64,000 nucleotides of DNA from Candidatus Kaiserbacteria bacterium (GCA_026396715.1 JAPLWH010000006.1:42850-106849); one strand, 5' to 3'; shown: positions 20,727-32,087, counted from the stretch's first letter. Translations and numbers: made by a program. The notes: a model not told the origin generated them from the sequence alone.

Positions 20727-21983
20727 TTAATTGCGGCCGAGGATAGAGTCAAGGGTATTCCTGCGTACAATCATGCGCGACGGCAAGTACCCCGCGATGA
20801 CCGTCGTAAGTATCAGGAGCCCAATACGCACCATCGTACCGTCAAGCGGCGCAACGAGGATGCCGTCGCTGAACGGGAAATCAATCGGGTGCGCCGCAAG
20901 CGCAGGCACAAAGATGCCGTAGAGCACGAGGAGTCCTATCGCAGAACCGATACTCGCATAGAAGAGCGACTGGAAGACGTACGCGATTTCGATCGCTTCA
21001 CCTGAAATGCCGATGCCCTTTAGGATGCCGATGAACTTCCTGCGCGTGATCGCATTGATGAAGATGACGATAAAGATTGTGATCGCCGCGACGACGAGCC
21101 CGATGGAACTGAAGCCATTTCCGAGCATCGCGAACGTGGTCTTGATATCGGCGACGCCGTTCGGGATGGCGTCGGTAAAGGTCTGAATTTTCGCTTTTTC
21201 ACCAATACCGCTCGCAAGCAGGAGCGCCTTGAAGGCGTCGGGATCCCCTCCGGGAACTAAATGAATGACGATCTGCGCGACATTCTGATCCGTGCGACCC
21301 GTGAGCGAGCGCAGTTCAGCGGCGGGTATGAAAATACTCGCCGCGAGCGGCGCAATCTTGCTTTTCACGACACCCTTCACGATGACCTCGCGCACGGAAC
21401 CGTTTATCGTAAGCCGCACCTTGGTGCCCGGAGCAACATCGGTCAACGGCGTCAGTCCCGGCTGGTTTCCGAAGGCATACTTCGCAAGCAAAAGATTGCC
21501 GACAAGAATCTGATCGTAATCCCCTTCCTCGAGATATGCCCCGTCGATGATGTGCGTCGCAAGTCCCGAGAACGCATTCTCGACTGCAGGATCGATACCG
21601 ATGACCTGTGCACCGGTGGCATTTGGCTTTTCCGTATCATTCGTACGCGTGAGATAGTTTGCTTCGATAGTGCCTCCCGCTTGGTACCGCTCGGTCAGCA
21701 TCGCCACTTGCGGCAAAGTCTTCACAAAAGCAACGACGCTCGGTGTGTCTTCGATATATTTTTTTGTTGTGAGCGCAGAGAGTATGACATCGCCCGTATA
21801 CTGCGTACGATAGCTTTCATTGATACCCTCGATGAGGCCAACCAAGATACCCGTCACAACAACGAGATTAAGAAAAGTGAGGAGCATCACGAAGACGATG
21901 AGCCCTGTCGTCCACAAGCTCGCACGGCGCAGCTGCCGAACGGCGAGATAAAAACCGACGCGGATATTGAGAAGAGAAAACAT
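20727..21983 (-). CDS. ABC transporter permease, FtsX/MacB-like
   Basis: 418 aa; N-terminal TM, large extracytoplasmic domain, C-terminal 3 TM FtsX fold. Confidence 0.85.
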   Translation of the reverse strand: MFSLLNIRVGFYLAVRQLRRASLWTTGLIVFVMLLTFLNLVVVTGILVGLIEGINESYRTQYTGDVILSALTTKKYIEDTPSVVAFVKTLPQVAMLTERYQAGGTIEANYLTRTNDTEKPNATGAQVIGIDPAVENAFSGLATHIIDGAYLEEGDYDQILVGNLLLAKYAFGNQPGLTPLTDVAPGTKVRLTINGSVREVIVKGVVKSKIAPLAASIFIPAAELRSLTGRTDQNVAQIVIHLVPGGDPDAFKALLLASGIGEKAKIQTFTDAIPNGVADIKTTFAMLGNGFSSIGLVVAAITIFIVIFINAITRRKFIGILKGIGISGEAIEIAYVFQSLFYASIGSAIGLLVLYGIFVPALAAHPIDFPFSDGILVAPLDGTMVRIGLLILTTVIAGYLPSRMIVRRNTLDSILGRN

Positions 21984-21986
21984 GCG

Positions 21987-23516
21987 CTAGTGCGCGGGCG
22001 AGAGCAAGATGACCTCCCCTGCCGAAAGCCCTGAGAGGATGTAGGCCTGCCCGAGCGCAGGAGAAGGCCCGACACTGACCGGATGGGAGCTCGCGGTACC
22101 ACGTTCGATAACCGACACGAACGAAGCACCGTCCTGCATGCCGACAGCACCCGATGGAATGACAATTGCGTCGTGCAATACGCCAGTCACAATAGTGACG
22201 TTCGCCGTCATGCCACTTCTGATCATCGAGTCCGCTTTCGTGAATGCGAGCGTCGTCTTGTACGTCGGCACACCGTCCCTTATCGTTTCCGCCGGATCGA
22301 CCGCGATGACGGTTGCGGGAAATGTCACCGCGGCGCCATACGCATCAAGCGTCGTCGTTGCTAGATTCCCGGGAGCGATGTGCGCGATAGCCACCTCAGG
22401 CACATACGTTTCAATTTCAAAAATACCATTGCTCTGCAGCGAGATCTCCGACGTGGTCGGCGCTATGATCTCGCCGACTTTCGCATCCATGCGCGTCACG
22501 ATTCCTGAAAACGGCGCGACAATGCGCGTAGCGACGACTTTCGCCCGCGCCGACCGAACCTCGGCGGCGGCGGCGGCGACCGCTGCCTCTTGCGCCGCGA
22601 TAGCGTCACTTGTCGAACCTGCCTGCTTCAAGGTAAGGGCGCTCTGCGCTGTATCGAGCGCGGCGGCGGCAGTCGTGAGCGCCGTCGCGGACGTATTCAC
22701 ATTCGTACGCGCAGTCGCAAGTGTCGTGCTGTACGAAGCAAGGGTCGCAATGGAGATCGCTTGATCTGGAACACCCTGATTAAGCGCTCGATTTGCATCA
22801 GCGAGCAGCGTCGTTACCTGAGCAACATACTTTTGCGACTGTATTGCCGCCGCGGCAGCCGTATCATTCGAGAGATTAGCGACGATCAGCGCCCATGCAA
22901 CAAGCCCGGTCTCGATGCTCGTGCGATCAGATTCGACGAGATTCTGCAACGCGACATTCGCGACGACAAATGAGAGCTTTGGATTCGTGCGCGGATTCGT
23001 GAAAAAGAGATCGACTCGATTGCGCACCGCATCATCGCTCGCCGTATACACATTCTGTATCGCATTACTGAGCGATGCTTTCGCATTTACTACCGCCAGA
23101 GAAGCGGAAGCGAGTTCTTCAGGTCGCGTACCCGCCACAAGCGCAGCGAGGTTCGCCTCAGCTTGCGCGAGCGCCGCCTGCTTCTGCGCAAGCGTCGCGA
23201 TAAGATCGCCGTTTTCTGTCTCTGCAAGGACCGTACCCGCAAGAACACGCTGTCCTACCTCCGCATACACACCCGCGATGCGCCCATTCGTTGCAAATCC
23301 GAGCGCGACGTCTTGAGCGGCTGTCACCGTACCCGACACGCGTACCTGTTCCACGAAATCACCCTGAGAAACAGTCAGGGTCGCTCCGAGATTCGGTCCG
23401 CGCCCCAGGTAGAAATAACCGACACCCGCAATGATGAGCACTGCGACAAGCGCATAGCGCCATTGCGGAAATAGTAAGCGCTCCAGAAAAGCATCCATTA
23501 CAGCCGAGTGTAGCAT
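21987..23516 (-). CDS. HlyD/MacA-family periplasmic adaptor (membrane fusion protein) with long coiled coil
   Basis: 509 aa; N-terminal TM, biotinyl-lipoyl-like region, very long Ala/Gln-rich coiled coil, beta-barrel C-terminus. Confidence 0.75.
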   Translation of the reverse strand: MLHSAVMDAFLERLLFPQWRYALVAVLIIAGVGYFYLGRGPNLGATLTVSQGDFVEQVRVSGTVTAAQDVALGFATNGRIAGVYAEVGQRVLAGTVLAETENGDLIATLAQKQAALAQAEANLAALVAGTRPEELASASLAVVNAKASLSNAIQNVYTASDDAVRNRVDLFFTNPRTNPKLSFVVANVALQNLVESDRTSIETGLVAWALIVANLSNDTAAAAAIQSQKYVAQVTTLLADANRALNQGVPDQAISIATLASYSTTLATARTNVNTSATALTTAAAALDTAQSALTLKQAGSTSDAIAAQEAAVAAAAAEVRSARAKVVATRIVAPFSGIVTRMDAKVGEIIAPTTSEISLQSNGIFEIETYVPEVAIAHIAPGNLATTTLDAYGAAVTFPATVIAVDPAETIRDGVPTYKTTLAFTKADSMIRSGMTANVTIVTGVLHDAIVIPSGAVGMQDGASFVSVIERGTASSHPVSVGPSPALGQAYILSGLSAGEVILLSPAH

Positions 23517-23624
23517 TTACTACTATGTGTACGCATCGGAACAGAAAAATACCGCGGCGCCTGCAACAGGCGCCGCGGTATTTTCGCTGAGGCGAAACAA
23601 GACTTGTGAGCTATTTCGAGATTA

Positions 23625-25292
<1,668 letters not shown>

Positions 25293-25598
25293 TTAATTCA
25301 AAATGCCGAGGATACCTGACTCCGAAAGGATGTAGTACTCCTGTCCTTCAATCTTCACTTCGTCGTAGCCATATTTGCTGAAAAGCACCGTATCGCCGAC
25401 CTGCACCTGCATCGGCACGCGCTTCCCTTCTTCAAACTTTCCCAGACCGACCGCGACCACTTCGCCCTTTGCCGGGCGCTCCTTATCCACCGTCTCGGGA
25501 ATGATGATGCCCGAGGCAAGCTTTTTCTCGCCCTCCTTCTCAGCCGGCTTTACGACAAGACGATCGCCGAGCGGCGTAATCTGAAATTTCTTTGCCAT
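25293..25598 (-). CDS. groS: Co-chaperonin GroES
   Basis: 101 aa; ITPLGDRLVVKPAEKEGEKKLASGIIIP. Confidence 0.95.
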   Translation of the reverse strand: MAKKFQITPLGDRLVVKPAEKEGEKKLASGIIIPETVDKERPAKGEVVAVGLGKFEEGKRVPMQVQVGDTVLFSKYGYDEVKIEGQEYYILSESGILGILN

Positions 25599-25680
25599 AG
25601 CGTTCTATATATACATGAATAAACGGCCCGTATCGCACAAGTACAGTGAGTATAGAGAAAACTCCCGTTCCCGCAAAGAC

Positions 25681-25709
25681 TTGACAGAAAGTATGACGTA
25701 TGCTATCCT
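25681..25709 (+). promoter_or_regulatory. Near-consensus sigma70-type promoter (TTGACA-17-TATCCT)
   Basis: TTGACA at 25681-25686, 17-nt spacer, TATCCT at 25704-25709; followed by GGAGG and ATG at 25756. Confidence 0.45.
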
Positions 25710-25755
25710 TTAAATCAGAGGTAATTCCTGGGTTCTAACTCAAGGAGGTGCTCTG

Positions 25756-25914
25756 ATGTCTTTCTTAGAAGTCACATTCGCCGCGGTCATCGTTTTAGCG
25801 ATACTCGCACTAGCGTCCAAGACGATGGAATCTTTTCGGGGAATGATTCATCGGAGCAAGTATGACAAAGCGAGATTCCCCTGTGCGAATAAAGACAGGA
25901 GTCTTGTTCACTGA
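25756..25914 (+). CDS. Candidate small membrane protein (52 aa)
   Basis: MSFLEVTFAAVIVLAILALASKTMESFRGMIHRSKYDKARFPCANKDRSLVH; SD caaGGAGGtg 8 nt upstream; own promoter; in groES–secG divergent intergenic. Confidence 0.3.
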   Translation: MSFLEVTFAAVIVLAILALASKTMESFRGMIHRSKYDKARFPCANKDRSLVH

Positions 25915-26040
25915 AAAGCAGTTTAGGTGAATCCACCAACGCGCCGCCAAAGAGAAGTCTTTGGCTGGCGCGTTTATTTTTATACCCGCTCTCCGTGTGC
26001 TTGCGCACCCTTCCCCGACCGTGCTATTCTTCGGACACAG

Positions 26041-26277
26041 ATGGAGGCACTCGTATCGGCACTACCGTACGCAGAAATTGTCCTCGGAATACTCCTCATC
26101 GTCGGCATCGTGCTCCAGCAGCGCGGCGCGACCCTCGGCGGAGCCTTCGGAGGTGATAATTTCGCGTCGACGTTTTACAAGCGCAGAGGCGCCGAGAAAT
26201 TTCTATTCAATGCGACCATCGCTATCGCGGTACTCCTCGTGCTTGCGGCGATAACGAACTTCCTTCTGGTAGGATAA
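26041..26277 (+). CDS. secG: Preprotein translocase subunit SecG
   Basis: Start MEALVSALPYAEIVLGILLIVGIVLQQRGA...GGAFGG; two TM helices; ORF-track extension rejected. Confidence 0.8.
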   Translation: MEALVSALPYAEIVLGILLIVGIVLQQRGATLGGAFGGDNFASTFYKRRGAEKFLFNATIAIAVLLVLAAITNFLLVG

Positions 26278-28001
26278 TGATCGATAGAAATCTTCCTCAG
26301 TGGAGAGAGCGCCTGCAACGTTCTTGGAGCGTTCCTTCATTCGAACGCCTCCAGGAGCGTATCCACGCACTCACCCCCGGCGACCGTGTCCTGTTTTATG
26401 CCCTTTCGATTCTTGTCGGCATTGCTTCTATTCTTGGACTCTATGCCCTCGAACGCTCGCTCCTCGCTGAGGTGCCCGCCTACGGCGGCAGTCTCGCCGA
26501 AGGAGAAGTCGGAAGTCCGCAATTCATAAATCCGCTGCTCGCCATTAGCGATGCTGATCGCGATCTTTCTGCGCTTGTCTATGCGGGACTCATGGGCCTT
26601 TCAGGATCGGGAGAACTCGTGCCGATGCTTGCCGAAAGCTACACACTCTCCACTGATGGAAAGACGTACACGTTCACCCTGCGCGCGAATGCGACATTCT
26701 CTGACGGAACACCCGTTACAGCGGATGACGTGGTTTTCACGGTTGAGAAAGCGCAAAATGCCTCACTCAAGAGTCCGAAATACGCGGACTGGTCTGGAGT
26801 AAACGCGAAAGAGGTCGATCCGCATACCGTACGCTTCACGCTCACCAAGCCCTACGCACCATTCCTCGGACTCACGACACTCGGAATCCTTCCTTCACGT
26901 CTCTGGAAGAACATTTCGAACGAAGAGTTTCCGTTCTCGACTCTTGAGACAAGTCCGGTGGGTGCCGGGCCTTTCAAGGTCGCGAGCATCTCGCGTGATG
27001 CGTCAGGACTCATCAAGAGCGTATCGCTCGTCGAGAATTCACACTACGTACTCGGCCGACCGTACCTCGACGATATTCGCTTCAACTTCTACGCACGAAA
27101 CGATGATCTCACGAGCGCACTCACGAGCGGCACCGAGGAGAGCGCGTATGATGTCTCGACGAAAGGAGCTTTGACCGCCCCGTACGCTCGCGTCTTCGGC
27201 GTCTTCTGGAATCCGGGCGAGAAACAGGTCTTTGCGCGCCTCGAAGTGCGCAAAGCGCTCTCACTCGCTCTTAACCGGCAAGACCTCATCGACACCGTGC
27301 TCGGCGGGTATGCAACGGCAATCATGGGACCGGTGCCGCCCGGTGAAAACGTGACGCAGGTGCCGGTCCCGCAATCGGAAAACCCGACGGCGGCGGCTGC
27401 AGCGGTACTGCAAGCATCCGGATGGATCTATGACGGAACGTCGCATGTCTGGAAAAATGCGGCGGCAAAGCAAACGCTCGACCGTATCACACTGCGTACC
27501 TCAAATGTGCCGGAACTGAAAAATGTCGCGAGCGCAGTGAAGGCAGACTGGGAAAAGCTCGGTATCAGCGTCGACATCGAGCTGTACGAGCCGGGCGACC
27601 TCTCGCAGAACGTCATCCGCCCGCGCAAGTATGAAGCACTCCTCTACGGCATGGTAATCGGCCGCGATCAGGACCTGTATGCGTTCTGGCATTCGCAAGA
27701 GCGCAATGATCCTGGACTCAACATCGCGCTCTATGCGAACAAGACGATTGACGCACTTCTTGAAGGTGCGCGCGGATCCATCAGCCAAGATACGCGCTCA
27801 AAAAATCTGCAGAAGATCGAGGATATCGTCGCGGCAGAATACCCTGCGGCATTCATCTATGCTCCGAACTTCACCTATGCCGTGCCGAACGATCTTAAGG
27901 GCGTCGTCTTGCCGCAGATCATCACTCCCGCAGACCGCTTCGCGACCGCCGCTTCGTGGTACCGGGAAACCGACGCTGTCTGGCCATTTTTCACCAAGTA
28001 A
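26277..28001 (+). CDS. ABC transporter substrate-binding protein, family 5 (peptide/nickel type)
   Basis: 574 aa; N-terminal signal anchor; SBP_bac_5-like core (LAESYTLSTDGKTYTFTLR...). Confidence 0.85.
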   Translation: MIDRNLPQWRERLQRSWSVPSFERLQERIHALTPGDRVLFYALSILVGIASILGLYALERSLLAEVPAYGGSLAEGEVGSPQFINPLLAISDADRDLSALVYAGLMGLSGSGELVPMLAESYTLSTDGKTYTFTLRANATFSDGTPVTADDVVFTVEKAQNASLKSPKYADWSGVNAKEVDPHTVRFTLTKPYAPFLGLTTLGILPSRLWKNISNEEFPFSTLETSPVGAGPFKVASISRDASGLIKSVSLVENSHYVLGRPYLDDIRFNFYARNDDLTSALTSGTEESAYDVSTKGALTAPYARVFGVFWNPGEKQVFARLEVRKALSLALNRQDLIDTVLGGYATAIMGPVPPGENVTQVPVPQSENPTAAAAAVLQASGWIYDGTSHVWKNAAAKQTLDRITLRTSNVPELKNVASAVKADWEKLGISVDIELYEPGDLSQNVIRPRKYEALLYGMVIGRDQDLYAFWHSQERNDPGLNIALYANKTIDALLEGARGSISQDTRSKNLQKIEDIVAAEYPAAFIYAPNFTYAVPNDLKGVVLPQIITPADRFATAASWYRETDAVWPFFTK

Positions 28002-28071
28002 TTCTACGCATCTATTTTCGTACGGGTTTCAGTTTCAATTAACAATCTTACCCGATTAACTACCTATCGTT

Positions 28072-30015
28072 ATGAATCCATCACCATCACCAGCCCCGGC
28101 ACCAGCCCCGACGCCTGCACCCGCTCCGAGACCGGAGCATGAGGCGCAACCGAGTCATGCTCGACCACACAGAAGTTTTGAGCGCGGCGACCGGCCGACC
28201 GGCCGCGGCAGCTCTCGTCCCGGAAGTGGATCACGCCCGGGAGGCGCAACTCGCCGCATCCAGCGCATACTCCGCCGCCCGACGGCCACCTCCTCGCGTG
28301 CCGTCCGCACGGTAGACTACTTCCCCGAAGCTCCGGGCCCGACGACCGTTCGCATCATTCCGCTCGGCGGCGTGGAAGAAGTCGGTCGCAATATGATTGC
28401 GGTCGAAGTCGGCGCAACCGGCGACATCATCGTCTTCGATGCAGGCTTCCAATTCGTCTCTGAAGAATCTTCTCCCGGAGTTGACTACATCCTTCCGAAT
28501 ACCCGGTATCTCGAGAAGAATGCCTCGCGCGTGAAAGGTGTCGTCATCACGCACGGACACCTCGACCACATCGGTGGTATTCCTTTCATTCTTCCCCGCT
28601 TCGGCACACCGCCCATCTACACACAGAAGCTCACCTCCGTCATGATTGCGCGGCGTCAGGAAGAATATCCGGACGTACCGAAATCAGAAATGATCGTCGT
28701 CGAAGTCGGCCAGACCGTCACCATCGGCTCGACCAAAGTGAAGTTCTTCCCGGTTACGCACTCGATTCCCGACTCGATGGGCGCTTCGGTAGAAACGCCG
28801 CAGGGTAACGTCGTGATATCAGGCGACTTGAAGCTCGACCATGATGACGGCATTCCTACCGCTCGCGAGAATAAGACCTGGGGCGATATCGGCAAAGACA
28901 AGAACATCTTCCTCGTCGCCGACTCCACGAACGCCGAGAAGGACGGCTTCTCCATTCCCGAGATACGCGTCATCCAGACGCTCGAAAACATCATCAAGAC
29001 GGTCTCGGGACGCCTCATCATCGGCACTTTCGCTTCGCAGTTCGAGCGCATGATCCACATCATGGAAACCGCCGAGAAGCACAACAAAAAGATCGTCCTT
29101 GTCGGCCGCTCGATAAAGACTAATCTCGAAATCGCCGAAAAAACTGGTCTCTTGAAAGTGCCCAAAAATACCTTCATACCCGAACAGGAGCTCAGTGACT
29201 ATCCGCCCGACAAGATCGTCATCCTCTCGACCGGCGCGCAGGGTGAAGAGTTCGGGGGACTCATGCGCCTTTCGACAAAACAGAACAAGTACATCACGTT
29301 GAACGAGCGCGACACTATCGTGCTCTCCTCGTCGGTCATCCCGGGCAATGAGATCGCCGTGCAGAAACTCAAGGACAACCTCTACCGCCACAACGTGACG
29401 CTCATCCACTACCGATCGAGTGACGTGCACTCGACCGGCCACGGCAATACGGGCGAGCTCGTCTGGATCAATAAGCAGGTGCACCCGGCGTTCTTTATGC
29501 CAGGCTATGGCTACCGCTCTATGACGACCTGTCACGCGAAAGCGGTCGAGCAGTCCGGCTTTCCGCGCGAAAACATCATCATCGCGGATAACGGCACCGT
29601 CATCGACATCGACGACGGCGTACGCATGAACGTGCACAAGCAGAAAGTGCCTTCGACCCCGATGGTCGTCGACGGCTTCACGATCGGTGACATCCAGGAG
29701 GTCGTCATCCGCGACCGCCAGTCGCTCGCAAAAGACGGCATGTTCGTCATCATCGCGAGCGTGAACCTGAAGACCGGAAAACTGCGCAAGTCGCCGGACA
29801 TCATCAGTCGCGGCTTCATCTACCTGCGTGAGTCACAAGACCTCCTGAATGAGGCACGTATCCTCATCAAGAAGACGATCGAAGATTCAACTGGCAATAT
29901 GAACCCTATCGACCTCGACTACGTGAAGAACAATCTGACCGACGTCGTCGCCGGATTCCTCTTCGCGCGCACCAACAAGGCGCCGATGGTCATCCCGGTG
30001 CTAATAGGAATGTAA
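28072..30015 (+). CDS. rnj: Ribonuclease J (metallo-beta-lactamase/beta-CASP) with ~100-aa Pro/Ala/Arg-rich N-terminal extension
   Basis: HxHxDH motif ITHGHLDHIGG, beta-CASP and C-terminal domain; N-terminus PSPAPAPAPTPAPAPRPE...GSGSRPGG low complexity. Confidence 0.9.
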   Translation: MNPSPSPAPAPAPTPAPAPRPEHEAQPSHARPHRSFERGDRPTGRGSSRPGSGSRPGGATRRIQRILRRPTATSSRAVRTVDYFPEAPGPTTVRIIPLGGVEEVGRNMIAVEVGATGDIIVFDAGFQFVSEESSPGVDYILPNTRYLEKNASRVKGVVITHGHLDHIGGIPFILPRFGTPPIYTQKLTSVMIARRQEEYPDVPKSEMIVVEVGQTVTIGSTKVKFFPVTHSIPDSMGASVETPQGNVVISGDLKLDHDDGIPTARENKTWGDIGKDKNIFLVADSTNAEKDGFSIPEIRVIQTLENIIKTVSGRLIIGTFASQFERMIHIMETAEKHNKKIVLVGRSIKTNLEIAEKTGLLKVPKNTFIPEQELSDYPPDKIVILSTGAQGEEFGGLMRLSTKQNKYITLNERDTIVLSSSVIPGNEIAVQKLKDNLYRHNVTLIHYRSSDVHSTGHGNTGELVWINKQVHPAFFMPGYGYRSMTTCHAKAVEQSGFPRENIIIADNGTVIDIDDGVRMNVHKQKVPSTPMVVDGFTIGDIQEVVIRDRQSLAKDGMFVIIASVNLKTGKLRKSPDIISRGFIYLRESQDLLNEARILIKKTIEDSTGNMNPIDLDYVKNNLTDVVAGFLFARTNKAPMVIPVLIGM

Positions 30016-30145
30016 ATCCGCAAAGCCGGATTTCCTCCCTACGCTTGCCTCGGACAAATGCATGCAGACATGCTTTGCCGCTCGGCTCGCTTGGCAGTAA
30101 GCTAAGCTCGACAGACAAAGCGTACCCAGCAAGTAAGGGGAGCGA

Positions 30146-30186
30146 CAGAACGCAGCGAGGTAATCCTCGCTGCGTTCTGCTTTTTG
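30146..30186 (+). terminator. Rho-independent terminator (15-bp perfect stem + T-run)
   Basis: cagaacgcagcgagg taat cctcgctgcgttctg cttttt. Confidence 0.7.
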
Positions 30187-30241
30187 CCCTTCACAAAGCT
30201 CATTCCAGAAGGTTAGATGGCCTCACCCGCACCAGCGCCCC

Positions 30242-30269
30242 TTGACTCTCAAACCAGATGCACTATAAA
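30242..30269 (+). promoter_or_regulatory. Near-consensus sigma70 promoter (TTGACT-16-TATAAA)
   Basis: TTGACT 30242-30247, TATAAA 30264-30269. Confidence 0.5.
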
Positions 30270-30285
30270 TGCATACAGACAGAAA

Positions 30286-30312
30286 ATACATTCTCAATTT
30301 TTGAGAATGTAT
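30286..30312 (+). promoter_or_regulatory. Perfect 12-bp palindrome (operator-like) between promoter and SD
   Basis: atacattctcaa ttt ttgagaatgtat. Confidence 0.6.
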
Positions 30313-30340
30313 CGCTCATTTCACAAAGGAGGATCTATCG

Positions 30341-30559
30341 ATGACTAAAGTAATTCCTGATCTGGAACCACCACCAACATTAACGTTCGCATGCACAGAA
30401 TGCGGACAAAGTTCCGATCGACCGCCTGGATCTGGAAGTATGATTGTTACCTGCAAAAAGCAGGTCGCCGGACCACCAGAGGCACCAGAACAAAATCGAG
30501 AATGTGGCAAAAGAAACGCCCTACAGCGTCTAGCCCCACCACTCCTGAAAACCGCCTGA
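30341..30559 (+). CDS. Small Cys/Pro-rich hypothetical protein (72 aa), possible zinc-ribbon
   Basis: SD aaaGGAGGat 7 nt upstream of ATG; CTEC...C...C; followed by hairpin 30563-30600. Confidence 0.4.
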   Translation: MTKVIPDLEPPPTLTFACTECGQSSDRPPGSGSMIVTCKKQVAGPPEAPEQNRECGKRNALQRLAPPLLKTA

Positions 30560-30605
30560 CCGTTTAACTGGGTGGAGACTTCATGTCTTCCACCCAGTTT
30601 TGCTT

Positions 30606-31412
30606 TTACTCTGCGAGCGAATACATCGTGCCTTTTTTCTGTATTAATTGTTCCCTACGCAACGCCTCCAGAGCTTCGAGTAATTGCACCCGTCGCGAGA
30701 CATCGAAAAGTTTCATAATGCTCGCTTGCGAAGCGACTTCTTTAGAAAGAAGCCGCAAAATGGCGCCACGCGACTCCCGCAAGGACCCAACAAATTTCGA
30801 TTGCTTTGCATACGTTGCGCTCTTCTTATTGAGCGAGATGCCTGAGCGTTTCAAGTGCGCTCCATAATCCATAAGCGCGCTATACCACTCTCGCGACCTC
30901 CCTTTCGGCAGCGCCTCGGCGAGGATTTTTTCTATCTCCACATCCGACACTTTTTTCTTATCTGAAAAAAAATGATGCGTGACTGCCGTGCGGATATTCG
31001 TTTCAATCACAACAACATCTTGATTGTACGCAAATGCCACCACAGCACGCGCAGTGTAGGGACCAACGCCCGGTAATCGCTCCAACTCTGTTGCAGAACT
31101 CACTTTCGTAATGGCAAGTTCTTTTGCGGCGGCGTGCAGCAGCTTCGCGCGACGATTGTAGCCGAGTCCCTGCCAGCTTTTCAGAACTTCAGAGAGCGGC
31201 GCGGCGGCAAGCCGACGCGCCGTCGGAAACTTCTTCAGGAAAGCGTTGTAAAAAGGAATCACTCGCTCCACTTGTGTCTGCTGCAGCATCACTTCCGAAA
31301 CGAGAATGCGGTACACGTCATGATTCTTCCGCCACGGCAAGTCATGCCGCCCCCGCGCGTGATAGTGCCGCCACACGATTATCCTGAACTCTTTCAATAC
31401 CATCGGCACCAT
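30606..31412 (-). CDS. HhH-GPD superfamily DNA glycosylase (MutY/Nth-like, apparently lacking Fe-S cluster Cys)
   Basis: 268 aa; helix-hairpin-helix LPGVGPYTARAV with catalytic D region; C-terminal extra domain. Confidence 0.7.
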   Translation of the reverse strand: MVPMVLKEFRIIVWRHYHARGRHDLPWRKNHDVYRILVSEVMLQQTQVERVIPFYNAFLKKFPTARRLAAAPLSEVLKSWQGLGYNRRAKLLHAAAKELAITKVSSATELERLPGVGPYTARAVVAFAYNQDVVVIETNIRTAVTHHFFSDKKKVSDVEIEKILAEALPKGRSREWYSALMDYGAHLKRSGISLNKKSATYAKQSKFVGSLRESRGAILRLLSKEVASQASIMKLFDVSRRVQLLEALEALRREQLIQKKGTMYSLAE

Positions 31413-31418
31413 CCTACC

Positions 31419-32087
31419 TCATTTCGCTTTCGGCCAACGGAGGGCGGAGGGCGGCCAGAGCTTTGTGAGGGGGTGCGCCAGGCAGTTATGCGGACGCGCG
31501 GAGCACACGTACCGGCCGTAAAGCACGAGGCCGTTATTCACATATTTCCAGTCTTTTTTAGGGATGAGTGCTTCGAGGTCTTTCGATATTTTCTTGAGAT
31601 CATTCTGGTCAGTGAGGTCGAGACGCTTCGCAAAGCGCTTCACGTGCGTATCGGTTGCAATGCCCTCCCAGATGCCGTAGAGGTCGCCGAGAATGACGTG
31701 CGCCGTCTTGTAACCCACTCCTGGAAGCGCGACGAGCTCTGACTCCGTACGCGGCACGGCCCCCTTGTGCCGCGTTTGTATTTCTTTGGCCGCACCGATG
31801 ATCGCTTTCGCTTTATTACGGAAGAATGTCACGGAAGAGATTTCTTTCGTAAAAACTGCCGCATCCGCTTTCGCAAAATCTTTTGGCGTCTTGTATTTCT
31901 TGAAGAGCGTCGCCGTCAGCTTATTTACCGCTTTGTCCGTACACTGCGCCGAAAGGATGACCGCAACGACAAATTGAAATGGTGTCGTGTGCACGAGCTC
32001 GCTTGCTGGCGTCGGATACGCTTTTTTCAGATACGCGACAATCTTCTTTGCTCGAAGTACGCGCTCGGTCTGTTTCGCCGGAGTCAT
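31419..32087 (-). CDS. nth: Endonuclease III (Nth)
   Basis: 222 aa; HhH LPGVGYKTAHVILG, catalytic K/D spacing; partial Fe-S Cys region. Confidence 0.85.
   Translation of the reverse strand: MTPAKQTERVLRAKKIVAYLKKAYPTPASELVHTTPFQFVVAVILSAQCTDKAVNKLTATLFKKYKTPKDFAKADAAVFTKEISSVTFFRNKAKAIIGAAKEIQTRHKGAVPRTESELVALPGVGYKTAHVILGDLYGIWEGIATDTHVKRFAKRLDLTDQNDLKKISKDLEALIPKKDWKYVNNGLVLYGRYVCSARPHNCLAHPLTKLWPPSALRWPKAK

Noticed and set aside
25599-25800. CIRCE/HrcA operator upstream of groES
   Set aside because: Only a weak resemblance (ttagcgatactcgcactagcg); no TTAGCACTC-N9-GAGTGCTAA
25787-26008. 73-aa minus-strand ORF in groES–secG spacer
   Set aside because: No SD or promoter; overlapped by a better-supported plus-strand promoter + SD + 52-aa ORF
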